A stretch of 43,369 bases of DNA from positions 1 through 43,369 of the IMG/VR virus record IMGVR_UViG_3300010359_000004, one strand, 5' to 3'. Numbering within the stretch: position 1 is the first letter of the stretch; each line of letters starts with the position of its first letter. Position numbers and translations under genes: made by a program. The notes under the pieces were generated by a model that was given only the letters and a program-made list of their open reading frames with translations, ran no database searches and had not been told where the DNA came from. Shown here one piece after another: positions 17,867-26,464 of the stretch. The stretch is from a virus (lineage: Duplodnaviria > Caudoviricetes).

Positions 17867-18018
17867 GGTAGATTAGACTGTAGCCGGTCTAGCTAACCGG
17901 AAATCTATCGTACACGGAAAGTGGGGAGCGATAAGCTAAGATCCAACACCGTGTGGGCTAATCAGATAGACAGGATCGCATGGCGAGGCGATCATTCTAA
18001 GATAAGCTCTAATCTACC
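17867..18018 (+). ncRNA. Unrecognised structured RNA, copy 1
   Basis: Closed by GGTAGATTAGA/TCTAATCTACC. Shares conserved blocks and covarying stems with 30084-30258. Confidence 0.72.
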
Positions 18019-18045
18019 TACAAATCGCACGGGAAAGGAGTGCGA

Positions 18046-18333
18046 ATGGCAGACCGGACGATGAGCTATGAAGAAATCTTGGCTCGCCGTGAGAAACGTA
18101 AACGCGAAGAAATCGCGATGGCAACTCAGCGGCCCAAGATTCCAAACTCAAAACCGGAAGCGCTAACGATCATGATTCTTCAATGGTGCATAGATAGCAT
18201 CTATGAAGAATGGCGTGCGCGAGAATTAGAGAAAGCGCAAGCCACAAAGATTGTTCTGCCGCCCAAAGGACCGCCAAGGCGTCGGGGTGGTAGAAAGAAT
18301 ACAGTGTTCGAGCAGCTTGGTATAAAGCCGTGA
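18046..18333 (+). CDS. Early hypothetical basic protein
   Basis: AAGGAG SD before ATG 18046; C-terminal RKNTVFEQLGIKP. Confidence 0.65.
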   Translation: MADRTMSYEEILARREKRKREEIAMATQRPKIPNSKPEALTIMILQWCIDSIYEEWRARELEKAQATKIVLPPKGPPRRRGGRKNTVFEQLGIKP

Positions 18334-18404
18334 GAGCCTGTATCCCGTGGGTGATCTTGCAAGCTATCGCAATCGCGATCATCATAGCATCTCACTGGAG
18401 GTAG
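18330..18404 (+). CDS. Possible 24-aa hydrophobic peptide
   Basis: GTGA overlap; MRACIPWVILQAIAIAIIIASHWR. Confidence 0.3.
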   Translation: MRACIPWVILQAIAIAIIIASHWR

Positions 18405-18414
18405 ATGCAAGCGG

Positions 18415-18440
18415 TCTCGGGGGCTGAAAAGCCCCCGAGA
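18415..18440 (+). terminator. GC-rich 11-bp hairpin with GAAA tetraloop
   Basis: TCTCGGGGGCT-GAAA-AGCCCCCGAGA; no U-tract, so a terminator role is uncertain. Confidence 0.4.
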
Positions 18441-18659
18441 GCGGTAGCTAAGATGGTCCTGCCGCAATTGTTGCCAACATGCGGGGGGCCGGGGTGTGCC
18501 CAGCTTGTTGAACAGTTTAATCTACAACTTAACTACATGAAAGCCGGGGTGTTAGAACGCTAAATGAGGGCAAATGTGCGAATGAGCTACCTAATTCTAG
18601 CATTGGCACGAATTCTGCAAGTGAGGTTGGGCAGGTTTACATGCTGGACCTAGTAACTG

Positions 18660-18839
18660 TGGTTAGGGATGTTCTGCGGGTGCATCCGAGTCGCGGGGGA
18701 AGCTGCGATTGGGCGTTTCGAACCTCCCGCCGACCAAACTAGAGGATACTTAGAATATAGAAGATATATATATATGACTTTAGTTTAGAACTCGCTTCCA
18801 TACCCCTAGAAGATCCCTAACCAAAGCCTCTAACCAAAG
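18660..18839. other. Candidate replication origin / control region
   Basis: (AT)6 at 18764-18775 inside the inverted repeat TGGTTAGGGAT (18660) / ATCCCTAACCA (18813); direct repeat CTAACCAAAG at 18817 and 18830. Confidence 0.35.
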
Positions 18840-18858
18840 TTTTTAGGAGGGCCACAAG

Positions 18859-19536
18859 ATGATCCTGGTCTACTCATCCGAAGATGGCTGGCGTGCTGTC
18901 GAGATACTTGAAGGTGAGGATTACTACCTCGGCACAATAACGTCACCCCGGTCGTTTCCCCACGCGTTATTCGGTGACCTCGAGTCCTACTACACCAAGA
19001 CTCGCGAGGGCTGCTGGCGCTGGAAAGGAATCATCCATCGACGCAAGGGCCGCGACGGCATGATCTACACACCTTATCATTACACGCCAATCGGAGCTCC
19101 ATATCCACTACAAACGCCGGCTCGCCAACTATTCCTAGCTCGCAGCCTAAACATAGATCCATCATGCTTTCCTCGACGCCTCAAGATCGGTACGCTCTGT
19201 GAAGGTTTCGCCTGCGTAAACCCCGAACATACGATCCCGTATACCTACTTCGCTCGCACCAAGGTCGGCACAATAGCGCCATCCTCGAAGACCGACGAGG
19301 AGATTCGCGATAAGTATCAAGCCGAACTCAATGCCATGATACGTGGCGAAACATCAGAGAACCAGGGCCGCCGACTAGTCGAGGAAAGCGCCAAGCTTAT
19401 TGACAACGTACTCTCCAAGCTCTCTAGCTCCGAGGATTCAAAGAAACGTTTAGCCTCCATGCCTGATCTACCTAAACCAGAACCAGAGCCCGAAGGTCCT
19501 ACAACTATTGACCAACTACTCAAGGGTATAAAGTGA
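18859..19536 (+). CDS. His-Me finger (HNH-like) domain protein, probably degenerate
   Basis: GCWRWKG and LCEGFACVNPEH motifs; AGGAGG SD. Confidence 0.6.
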   Translation: MILVYSSEDGWRAVEILEGEDYYLGTITSPRSFPHALFGDLESYYTKTREGCWRWKGIIHRRKGRDGMIYTPYHYTPIGAPYPLQTPARQLFLARSLNIDPSCFPRRLKIGTLCEGFACVNPEHTIPYTYFARTKVGTIAPSSKTDEEIRDKYQAELNAMIRGETSENQGRRLVEESAKLIDNVLSKLSSSEDSKKRLASMPDLPKPEPEPEGPTTIDQLLKGIK

Positions 19537-19575
19537 CAGGCCTGAGCATTGGTTTCAAACTACATTTGGAGGTGG

Positions 19576-20016
19576 ATGATGAAGGATACCCTGCACGTAC
19601 CAACGCTCGCCCGATGGCTCTACGACCTTTCACAAATCAAAGAGCCAAGCAACTACCAGCTCGAGGAAGCCTGGCAGATAGCCCAAACACTGCACGGCAT
19701 CGTTTATACCAAGGATCAACAGAACCTCGACGATGCCCGACGTGCCATAGTCAAGCACCTCGCAGGTAGCGACAACGAATGGTCCCGCAGACGAGACGAC
19801 AAACCTGGAGAAAACCTTCAGTCTCACATGAGCGTACCGAGCCGCAGACGCCTTAAGAGTTGGGTAGAAATCGACCTAACTCCCGAGCTCTCATGGTCCA
19901 TCCTGCTCGCTGGCCGATCAGTACCAACTCCGTTGGTCAAGAAGCTGCGCCTACATCTGGGCCGGCAGCACACGAACCTAAGACAACTACTGAAGCACCG
20001 CGACGAGCTCGAGTAG
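19576..20016 (+). CDS. Hypothetical protein
   Basis: GGAGGT SD before ATG 19576. Confidence 0.6.
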   Translation: MMKDTLHVPTLARWLYDLSQIKEPSNYQLEEAWQIAQTLHGIVYTKDQQNLDDARRAIVKHLAGSDNEWSRRRDDKPGENLQSHMSVPSRRRLKSWVEIDLTPELSWSILLAGRSVPTPLVKKLRLHLGRQHTNLRQLLKHRDELE

Positions 20017-20116
20017 GCCGTCTGACGGCCGTAGGATATTTGTCCGACGCTCCCATATATGGGGGCTGATTCCCCGCTTTCATTAGATGGATTTTATCTA
20101 GAAAGGAGGTGAACGA

Positions 20117-20371
20117 ATGAGGAACCGACAACTTTACGTCCAGTTTTTCATACCATCGCCGTATGGGCGGAACAACATAGGTTCATTGCTCGAATGTCTG
20201 CGCTACGCCGGCAAGCTCATCTACACGATCGAGCACAACGGCTGGGTAGTTGCCCTCGCCGCCCCAAAAGGCGTTGAGCAGGCAACTTGGTGCGACCAGC
20301 AAGCCGCCCGCATGAAGTCCTTCGGATTCAAGGTCGATGTTGTGGAGAATGCCAAGCAAGCCATGTCCTAG
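20117..20371 (+). CDS. Hypothetical protein
   Basis: AAGGAGGT SD; 84 aa. Confidence 0.7.
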   Translation: MRNRQLYVQFFIPSPYGRNNIGSLLECLRYAGKLIYTIEHNGWVVALAAPKGVEQATWCDQQAARMKSFGFKVDVVENAKQAMS

Positions 20372-20372
20372 A

Positions 20373-20394
20373 CTTTTCACATCATGAAAACTCG
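20373..20394 (+). promoter_or_regulatory. Dyad motif, copy 3 (one mismatch)
   Basis: CTTTTCACATCATGAAAACTCG, right after a stop codon. Confidence 0.7.
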
Positions 20395-20611
20395 CAGACA
20401 CCGAGCTTGGATAGCAAGTTCAGTGAAACCCGGCCGCTACGTTCGAATCGGCAGGTTGCTCGTACCTGTCGACCAGCCGCCGTCTGCACCGGAAATCTAC
20501 AAGATCGGCCCTGACGCACGCGCTATCCGCCGCGCATACTATCGGGAACACCGGCTGAAAGGCCGCCCGTCCAACTTCGCCCGAATATGGGCGATACTGC
20601 AAGGGAGGTAG
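20384..20611 (+). CDS. Hypothetical Arg-rich protein
   Basis: 75 aa; its ATG lies inside the dyad motif. Confidence 0.45.
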   Translation: MKTRRHRAWIASSVKPGRYVRIGRLLVPVDQPPSAPEIYKIGPDARAIRRAYYREHRLKGRPSNFARIWAILQGR

Positions 20612-20612
20612 C

Positions 20613-20840
20613 ATGAAGATAGCATTCCACAAGTCTACAACGCCAAACTGCGGATCCGTTGGCCCGATCGCTTACGACAAAGGAGTCGCGTGGTCCGTCA
20701 ACGTCTACCCTACGGGTAGCGGTCCAGACAAGTACAAAGTTACGGACTGGCGTTACGAACTCACTTGGTCACGCGAACGTCCGCACCGCTGTGCTGAGTG
20801 CGAGCGGCACATCGTAGCGGCAGAACAGGAGAAATCATGA
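20613..20840 (+). CDS. Hypothetical protein
   Basis: GGAGG SD; contains CxxC. Confidence 0.6.
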   Translation: MKIAFHKSTTPNCGSVGPIAYDKGVAWSVNVYPTGSGPDKYKVTDWRYELTWSRERPHRCAECERHIVAAEQEKS

Positions 20841-21163
20841 TCGACTGGGGTCATCCCTGGCAAGAAAACGTCTACATGGAACGTGAGATTACGTTCCGCG
20901 ACGACGACTACATGCTCGAGGTCACAGCAATCTGGCAGATGTTCGGCCCCCTCGACGAATACTATTGCCGGCCAGAACTCTGCAGTCCCGTGTTCGAGTT
21001 CACGATCTTCCAATACAACGAACTCACGCAGAATTACGAGATCCCGATCGTCGATTTCACCGCCGAGGAGAACTTCGAATTGCAGCACAAGATCAAAGAT
21101 TGGTACTGGGACTACTGCGCCGGCCAGGCAGAAGACGCCTACGAGCGCAGAAGGGAGCGCTGA
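20837..21163 (+). CDS. Hypothetical acidic/aromatic protein
   Basis: ATGA overlap, AGGAG SD; MIDWGHPW... Confidence 0.65.
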   Translation: MIDWGHPWQENVYMEREITFRDDDYMLEVTAIWQMFGPLDEYYCRPELCSPVFEFTIFQYNELTQNYEIPIVDFTAEENFELQHKIKDWYWDYCAGQAEDAYERRRER

Positions 21164-21345
21164 TGAAAGTCACAGTTGTGCTAGGCAACAGGTCAACAGA
21201 ACTCGAGCTGACGGACGCAGATCTCGAGGTTCTAGAACACGAGTTTCCTGGGAAGGATCTCGAGTACAAGATCCAACAGCTTCTCAAGATCGGCTTCATA
21301 CTCATGCGACACCATGCCTCCGTCAACCAGAAAGGGGACAGTTGA
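21163..21345 (+). CDS. Hypothetical protein
   Basis: TGATG coupling; MKVTVVLGNRST... Confidence 0.55.
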   Translation: MKVTVVLGNRSTELELTDADLEVLEHEFPGKDLEYKIQQLLKIGFILMRHHASVNQKGDS

Positions 21346-21563
21346 TGCCATACTATGTCTGGCGTGACATTAACGGTATGCCGTTCTCCTCGTGCGACGA
21401 GGACGATTGTGGTTACTGCGGTGCGCCTCCGGCGCACCAAGACCCAACGTGGGATGCCGACGAAGACTCCTACGTTCCAACCGGCGTCTGTCCTAAATGC
21501 GGCGCCGACATCCGGCCCTGCGGTCCCGAAGACGGGACAGGAAGGAGAGACAAACTAGGATGA
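21345..21563 (+). CDS. Zn-ribbon-like protein
   Basis: TGATG coupling; CGYC...CPKC. Confidence 0.55.
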   Translation: MPYYVWRDINGMPFSSCDEDDCGYCGAPPAHQDPTWDADEDSYVPTGVCPKCGADIRPCGPEDGTGRRDKLG

Positions 21564-21736
21564 AGCCGCTGCCTAATCTTTGCCTAATACAGGCCACCAC
21601 GTATCTCCGCGATCTTGGCGTCGTCGATCGAACCGCGATGTTCACCTGCCAGTGTATCCTGCGCTGGAAGAACTCCGAGGGAGATCTCTACGACGCCAGC
21701 ATCGCAGAACATCTACCATGCAGTCAACACAAATAG
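21560..21736 (+). CDS. Hypothetical protein
   Basis: Overlaps the upstream stop; MKPLPNLC... Confidence 0.45.
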   Translation: MKPLPNLCLIQATTYLRDLGVVDRTAMFTCQCILRWKNSEGDLYDASIAEHLPCSQHK

Positions 21737-21745
21737 GAGATCAGT

Positions 21746-21970
21746 ATGGGTAAACTAGAGGAAGCAATCAAGAAGGCACACGGAGAAGCCGAAGAGCCCA
21801 GACTACTGCACGGTAAGTGCTACAAATGCGGCGGCAAGGCGGTAATCCTAGTGCTCAGCTCACCCAACGCCGAAACCGTAAGCTGGTGCGAGAACGGCGA
21901 GGTCGTTGTTGAGATGGTTGGCGTACGACCCAAACTGGTTCACAACTTCAGGGAGGATGATTATGAATAA
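21746..21970 (+). CDS. Hypothetical protein
   Basis: AGGAG SD; CYKC. Confidence 0.6.
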   Translation: MGKLEEAIKKAHGEAEEPRLLHGKCYKCGGKAVILVLSSPNAETVSWCENGEVVVEMVGVRPKLVHNFREDDYE

Positions 21971-22238
21971 GACGCACCGCGAAACGTATCCAGAACAATA
22001 CGAACATCCACTGGTCGGTCGCACTGTAGTAGTGAAGACACCGCAAGGCGGTGGTACCACCGGCGTTGTGTCCCGCGTGATGGGCACGCAGTGGGGTCCG
22101 CTGGTCGAACTCGAGCACCAGGCAGCGGAAGGCATCGCCTGGTCTATCAAGCACTGTACCCCGCTAGATGACACACATCCGCGCGACACCTGCGCCACGT
22201 TCGCGTACACGAGGACGCCATGCGACAAGTGTGTCTAG
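21963..22238 (+). CDS. Hypothetical protein
   Basis: GGAGG SD; MNKTHRETYP... Confidence 0.55.
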   Translation: MNKTHRETYPEQYEHPLVGRTVVVKTPQGGGTTGVVSRVMGTQWGPLVELEHQAAEGIAWSIKHCTPLDDTHPRDTCATFAYTRTPCDKCV

Positions 22239-22489
22239 CAGCTCTCGCCCTGTTGTCGCTGAGCGGGGTGGGGTGGGGCGGTGGGGCGGCAATTGTCATC
22301 CCGCCTCGAGGTCACGATAACATCACTCTCGGTGACCCTGCAGGTCCATCGTTCGGCTTCCGTGGTGACTCAGACACGACGATCGTCGTGACTCCGCACG
22401 GAAACGCAACCGATTTTGACACCGGCCACGGCAACCACATCACCGTCCAGCCAGATGGCAACACAACCTTTACCTTCGGAGACGACTAA
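22220..22489 (+). CDS. Small secreted protein
   Basis: Signal-peptide-like MRQVCLAALALLSLSGVGWG and a Gly/Thr/Asp-rich beta-repeat body. Confidence 0.55.
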   Translation: MRQVCLAALALLSLSGVGWGGGAAIVIPPRGHDNITLGDPAGPSFGFRGDSDTTIVVTPHGNATDFDTGHGNHITVQPDGNTTFTFGDD

Positions 22490-22574
22490 CATCAGAAGGA
22501 GGAGACCACCAACGCGCTACATGATATTGAGGACACCATCATCTTCGACAATCGTAACGAGGGAGACAATTAGC

Positions 22575-22763
22575 ATGAGAATTTGCGACGTCTGCAAGGA
22601 TCCTGATCCCTTCAAACGGCAGGCAGCCGTAGCGACCATTGAAGTTCACGCCCTGCCCGGCCACCGCGAGGAACTCGCGAAGCCGGATCAGTACGCCGAT
22701 ATCTGCCTACAGTGCCTCATGTTCAAGGGACTCAACCCGATGCGGGAGGACAAAGATGCCTAA
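22575..22763 (+). CDS. Zn-finger-like protein
   Basis: CDVC...CLQC; GGAG SD. Confidence 0.55.
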   Translation: MRICDVCKDPDPFKRQAAVATIEVHALPGHREELAKPDQYADICLQCLMFKGLNPMREDKDA

Positions 22764-22974
22764 CTGGAAAGAGTGGCTGGCAGAGGCGAACGCCGCAGCA
22801 TCAGCGCTCGCAACACTCAAGGAGATGCAGGACGAGTTCCAGGAGCAGTACGACAATCTGAGCGAGAAGGTTCAGGAGGGTGAGAAGGGCACCAAGCTCT
22901 CCGCCATCACCGATCTCGACATCGACGGAGCCATCAGCATCGTCGATGAAATCCTCAGTGTGGAGAAACCGTGA
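22756..22974 (+). CDS. Hypothetical acidic helical protein
   Basis: GGAGG SD; EQYDNLSEKVQEGEKG. Confidence 0.65.
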   Translation: MPNWKEWLAEANAAASALATLKEMQDEFQEQYDNLSEKVQEGEKGTKLSAITDLDIDGAISIVDEILSVEKP

Positions 22975-23165
22975 AACTCAAGCAACGGAAGCCCTCGTGG
23001 GGTCAACGACACAGGCATCAAACGCCACCAAAATTCCACTGCGAAGTGTGCGCCAGCGTCATTCGTCAGTACAACGTGTTCGTCATGCGCTGGAATCCGA
23101 CAACCCAGACGTTACATACACCTAGCGGCCTGGACATCAACGTTCATCATAGGGAGTCTAAATGA
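22971..23165 (+). CDS. Hypothetical protein
   Basis: GTGA overlap; HCEVC. Confidence 0.45.
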   Translation: MKLKQRKPSWGQRHRHQTPPKFHCEVCASVIRQYNVFVMRWNPTTQTLHTPSGLDINVHHRESK

Positions 23166-23473
23166 GCAAGAACAACGAAGACGAAACGTTCCAGGCGTTC
23201 GAAGATTACTGCGCCGAGATCGCCGTGGAAAACAAAGCATGGCGCGAACGCTGGCCGAACCACTGCCAGACCTGCGAGGGTGCCGGCGGTTTCCATCACC
23301 CTGGCAATCGGGAGACGCCGCCCGATTTCGATATCTGCGAGTGCTCGGAGGCCGGCAAATGCCCTCGTTGCATGGAGCTTGCATGGCCGGGCGACGACAT
23401 CGACGACGTTCCTTGTCCACACTGCGGCTGGAACTGGTGCAAAGGGAAAGACGATGCGGCACCCCAGTGGTGA
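23162..23473 (+). CDS. Cys-rich Zn-binding protein
   Basis: CQTCEGAG, CEC, CPRC, CPHC. Confidence 0.65.
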   Translation: MSKNNEDETFQAFEDYCAEIAVENKAWRERWPNHCQTCEGAGGFHHPGNRETPPDFDICECSEAGKCPRCMELAWPGDDIDDVPCPHCGWNWCKGKDDAAPQW

Positions 23474-23741
23474 CTGGTGGGAGTACCGCTCAACGTGTCA
23501 GCTCTGCGGCTGGGAAGGTCCCGACAGCGAGATAACTGGCCACAAGCAGATGGGTTGGGCCAAAGTGTTCGACATCTGCCCTTCTTGCCACAATTGGAAG
23601 TACAAGCGTCAGCTTCTAATGCGTAATAGGACCGGGCGGCCGATCTACTCGCACACCTCGTGCCTATCCGGCCGAGCGGTACACAAGGGCTGTGGCAAGT
23701 GGCACCAACCAGGTACCGATTGTCCCGTCAGCGCGGCTTAG
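23454..23741 (+). CDS. Cys-rich hypothetical protein
   Basis: CQLC, CPSC, HKGC; likely ATG 23454. Confidence 0.45.
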   Translation: MRHPSGDWWEYRSTCQLCGWEGPDSEITGHKQMGWAKVFDICPSCHNWKYKRQLLMRNRTGRPIYSHTSCLSGRAVHKGCGKWHQPGTDCPVSAA

Positions 23742-23795
23742 AAATCAAACGCCGGCGCAAACTCTTGCTGGAACCTAACAAACCAAGGAGGCGAC

Positions 23796-24383
23796 GTGGC
23801 AGACGTAAAGTGGAACAAGGAGGTGGCCCTGGAAATCATAAAGACGGGCTTTATCCGCCTAACCAAGAAATACCACCCGGATCTAGGCGGAAGTCATGAA
23901 GAGATGTTGGTACTCAACGCTACGAAAGCGCATTTGGAAAAATTTCTCAGCGCCGGGAGCGCCGAATACTCGAGTCGCTTTACAGATCGCGAGTACTGGG
24001 CACAGAAGATGCGAGCCGAACAAGCTCGTCACCGGCAAGCCGAGCAAGAACGCCAGGCTCGAGCCGCGCGAGAACGCGAGGAAGCACCGGGCAAGCGCAC
24101 TCGCTCACAGTTCTGGTCCAAGGTCGGCGGAGAACCATCAGGTGCTGTGCCGATCCAACCCTGGCCGCACGATTCGAAGTACTGGATGCTCGACGACGTA
24201 ACCGTCATGACCAAGTCCGAGAAGGCGATCAAGCTCAAGATCCCTAACGTCAGCATGCCCCAGTGGTTGCCCTTCTCACAAATGCACCACGACTCCGAGA
24301 TCACAACGACCTCAATCGAGGGCGACGTAGGACAAGTGGTCTTCACCGCATGGATTGCCATGCAGAAAGGTTGGTTGAAGTGA
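23796..24383 (+). CDS. J-domain (DnaJ-like) protein
   Basis: IKTGFIRLTKKYHPDLGGSHEEMLVLN with intact HPD; C-terminal SEKAIKL...WLPFSQ...WIAMQKG domain. Confidence 0.8.
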   Translation: MADVKWNKEVALEIIKTGFIRLTKKYHPDLGGSHEEMLVLNATKAHLEKFLSAGSAEYSSRFTDREYWAQKMRAEQARHRQAEQERQARAAREREEAPGKRTRSQFWSKVGGEPSGAVPIQPWPHDSKYWMLDDVTVMTKSEKAIKLKIPNVSMPQWLPFSQMHHDSEITTTSIEGDVGQVVFTAWIAMQKGWLK

Positions 24384-24577
24384 CAATAGATCTGCAGCCC
24401 AACGAGCTTGCTACGTTAACTATGGTCTTTTCGGTGTCCATCGTAGAAACGTACGGACCAGAAGATGCGATAAGAGCAGTAGACAAGGACTACGAAACAT
24501 ATCTCTTTCAGAAAGCTCTCGAGAAGAAATTGTTCGAAGCTATGGACCGCATGAGGAGAGAAATGGGGATGTCATGA
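24380..24577 (+). CDS. Hypothetical protein
   Basis: GTGA overlap. Confidence 0.5.
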   Translation: MTIDLQPNELATLTMVFSVSIVETYGPEDAIRAVDKDYETYLFQKALEKKLFEAMDRMRREMGMS

Positions 24578-24750
24578 CAGAGAAGGAGGCAGAAACTATA
24601 TTGAGAGCGCAAGGCATGGTGATCACAGTATCGCCGGACGGCGAGTACACTGTGAAGTACCTAGGGAAGCGAGAACCATCCTTCAAAACATTCAACCTAG
24701 AGGAGGCCGTAGCCATCGGTATAGAGATGGCACAGTGGAGACGTAAATGA
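24574..24750 (+). CDS. Hypothetical protein (58 aa, absent from ORF track)
   Basis: ATGA overlaps at both ends; MTEKEAETILRAQGMVITVSPDGEYTVKY... Confidence 0.6.
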   Translation: MTEKEAETILRAQGMVITVSPDGEYTVKYLGKREPSFKTFNLEEAVAIGIEMAQWRRK

Positions 24751-24935
24751 AGATGCCAGGTAGATGGCAGTTCTGCGGATATTGTGGACTGCCAGTCTTG
24801 AAGCACAAAGAAAGCACCGGCCTAAGAAAGGGTCAGATATTCCACCGGAGGCGATGCTATCCGAAGTTCCTCAAGGAGAGGAAGAAAGCGAGGCGACGAA
24901 TTGAGACAGTTAGTTCTCTGCAGGGCGTTGAATAA
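24747..24935 (+). CDS. Basic Zn-finger-like protein
   Basis: CGYC...HRRRC. Confidence 0.5.
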   Translation: MKMPGRWQFCGYCGLPVLKHKESTGLRKGQIFHRRRCYPKFLKERKKARRRIETVSSLQGVE

Positions 24936-25266
24936 TCACGCCTGGCGGGTCCGCGGTCCCACGCTGATCGTGGCGAAGGACGCACGGAAGATCACCCTCG
25001 AGTGTCTCCGCTGCGGTGCTGTACGCACTGACAGGTGGAAGATGAACGGGGTACAACTTTCACGATCGTATCATCTGGAGCCCGGCTACAGGCGGTTCCT
25101 TGCTGGTCACGATCAAGCCGGCGCTCGCGCCGTTATACTAGAGGAGACCAGAACCAGTGGCAAGAGCGACAGTTCTGATCTGCGACCATTGCAGAGTGCA
25201 CAACCCGGCAACCGTTACTATGGTGCTGGCGGACGTGCGAGACATCGAAGGTGGTATTCAACGTGA
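24901..25266 (+). CDS. Hypothetical protein
   Basis: C....H.W...CLRC motif; TTG start with GAGG SD. Confidence 0.55.
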   Translation: MRQLVLCRALNNHAWRVRGPTLIVAKDARKITLECLRCGAVRTDRWKMNGVQLSRSYHLEPGYRRFLAGHDQAGARAVILEETRTSGKSDSSDLRPLQSAQPGNRYYGAGGRARHRRWYST

Positions 25267-25573
25267 CTTCTGCGGGAAGCACGCAACGCAGACGGTGAGG
25301 AACTTCAAGTGGAGTCATCACCCCGCGGAGGAAAAGAGCAAACCGAAACGCAAGCTCGGCCCATCCAAGTTAAGGGGCCGGACGAGGTTCACATGGAACC
25401 TAACTGACGTAGAACAGTTCGTCAAGGAGCACGACAAGTTCACCGCATCTGACCTGGCCAAGCACCTGAACTTACACAAGGGCTGGGTCAACGTCAACGT
25501 AGTCCCAGAACTCATCAAGATGGGAATCGTCAGGATTGAGGGGAAAGGAAGGGCTAGGAAACTAGTCAAGTAG
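25157..25573 (+). CDS. Zn-ribbon plus winged-helix DNA-binding protein
   Basis: CDHC...CGKH at the N-terminus; FTASDLAKHLNL...ELIKMGIVRIEGKGRA wHTH. Confidence 0.65.
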   Translation: MARATVLICDHCRVHNPATVTMVLADVRDIEGGIQRDFCGKHATQTVRNFKWSHHPAEEKSKPKRKLGPSKLRGRTRFTWNLTDVEQFVKEHDKFTASDLAKHLNLHKGWVNVNVVPELIKMGIVRIEGKGRARKLVK

Positions 25574-25602
25574 TTGTAGATGTAGGAGGGGCTGCATAGG
25601 GT

Positions 25603-25836
25603 ATGGGACCAAACATCCTTCAAAAGGTAATCTTAACCGCAACCCATTCTGGCAAACGTCCGTTCGGGACGCACACATTCGAGGTGGACTCACCCGAATG
25701 CGAGGAGGTAGAACGCAATATGGCCTGGATCAAAGCCGGGCCATACAGAAAGGAGATGATTTGGAAGCTTAAATACTCTTGCGGTATGTGCAAAGGTGTC
25801 ATCTATACTGGCATCACGAAGCCATCAGAGGATTAG
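25603..25836 (+). CDS. Hypothetical protein
   Basis: 77 aa; CGMC. Confidence 0.5.
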   Translation: MGPNILQKVILTATHSGKRPFGTHTFEVDSPECEEVERNMAWIKAGPYRKEMIWKLKYSCGMCKGVIYTGITKPSED

Positions 25837-25978
25837 GGGACCTCAACCCCCAGGTGGAGGTTCCACGATTATAAAGCGGCTTCTTGTCGCTACGGGCAAT
25901 GGTCCCCTATCCTCAATTCAATATTCAGTATTGATTGGCCCCGCAATTGCAAGTGCCATGGAGGAGGATTGGATCGCA

Positions 25979-26365
25979 ATGGGCGGACGAGTTGACATGA
26001 TTCTTAGGAGGAAGATCCAAGAACTCATCGGACGACAGCTACGCCGAATCGATGTGATTCATCATATCGACGGGAACCACAGTAACAACGACTTCACGAA
26101 CCTTACAATCATAAGTGTAGCTGAGCACAACAGGTGGCACCGTAGCCTCATGTATCAACGGTTGGTCAAATTGATCACCGTAGCTGAGTTGCTGAAAGGA
26201 AGGGCGATGCTGGAGATACTTGCCAAGGTGGTAGACATCGTTGAGGAAATCCTTTCAAAAGAGATCGAGGGCGAGCGAGAGCCCGAAAAGAATGATCGTC
26301 TCGCCGCTCTTGGTGAGAGGTTGGAAACGCTGGCGCTGGATATCAAAGAGCGTACTTCGTCCTGA
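25979..26365 (+). CDS. HNH endonuclease with helical C-terminal extension
   Basis: IHHIDGNHSNNDFTNLTIISVAEHNRWH; GGAGGAGG upstream of ATG 25979; start uncertain. Confidence 0.7.
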   Translation: MGGRVDMILRRKIQELIGRQLRRIDVIHHIDGNHSNNDFTNLTIISVAEHNRWHRSLMYQRLVKLITVAELLKGRAMLEILAKVVDIVEEILSKEIEGEREPEKNDRLAALGERLETLALDIKERTSS

Positions 26366-26371
26366 CCTTAG

Positions 26372-26393
26372 CTTTTCACATCCTGAAAACTCG
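26372..26393 (+). promoter_or_regulatory. Dyad motif, copy 4
   Basis: Exact match; precedes the recombination/replication operon. Confidence 0.75.
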
Positions 26394-26464
26394 TAGAACC
26401 TGCATACAGGTGTAAGGCAACACGCGCGGGGTATGCACCGCGTCCAACAATGAAAGGTTCAGCA

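Noticed and set aside
17867-18018. Assignment of the duplicated RNA to tRNA, HDV-like, twister or pistol ribozymes
   Set aside because: No cloverleaf or TTCGA arm. AUGGCGA and GCCGGUC resemble short pieces of HDV and twister RNAs, but the stem order and catalytic consensus do not match by eye.
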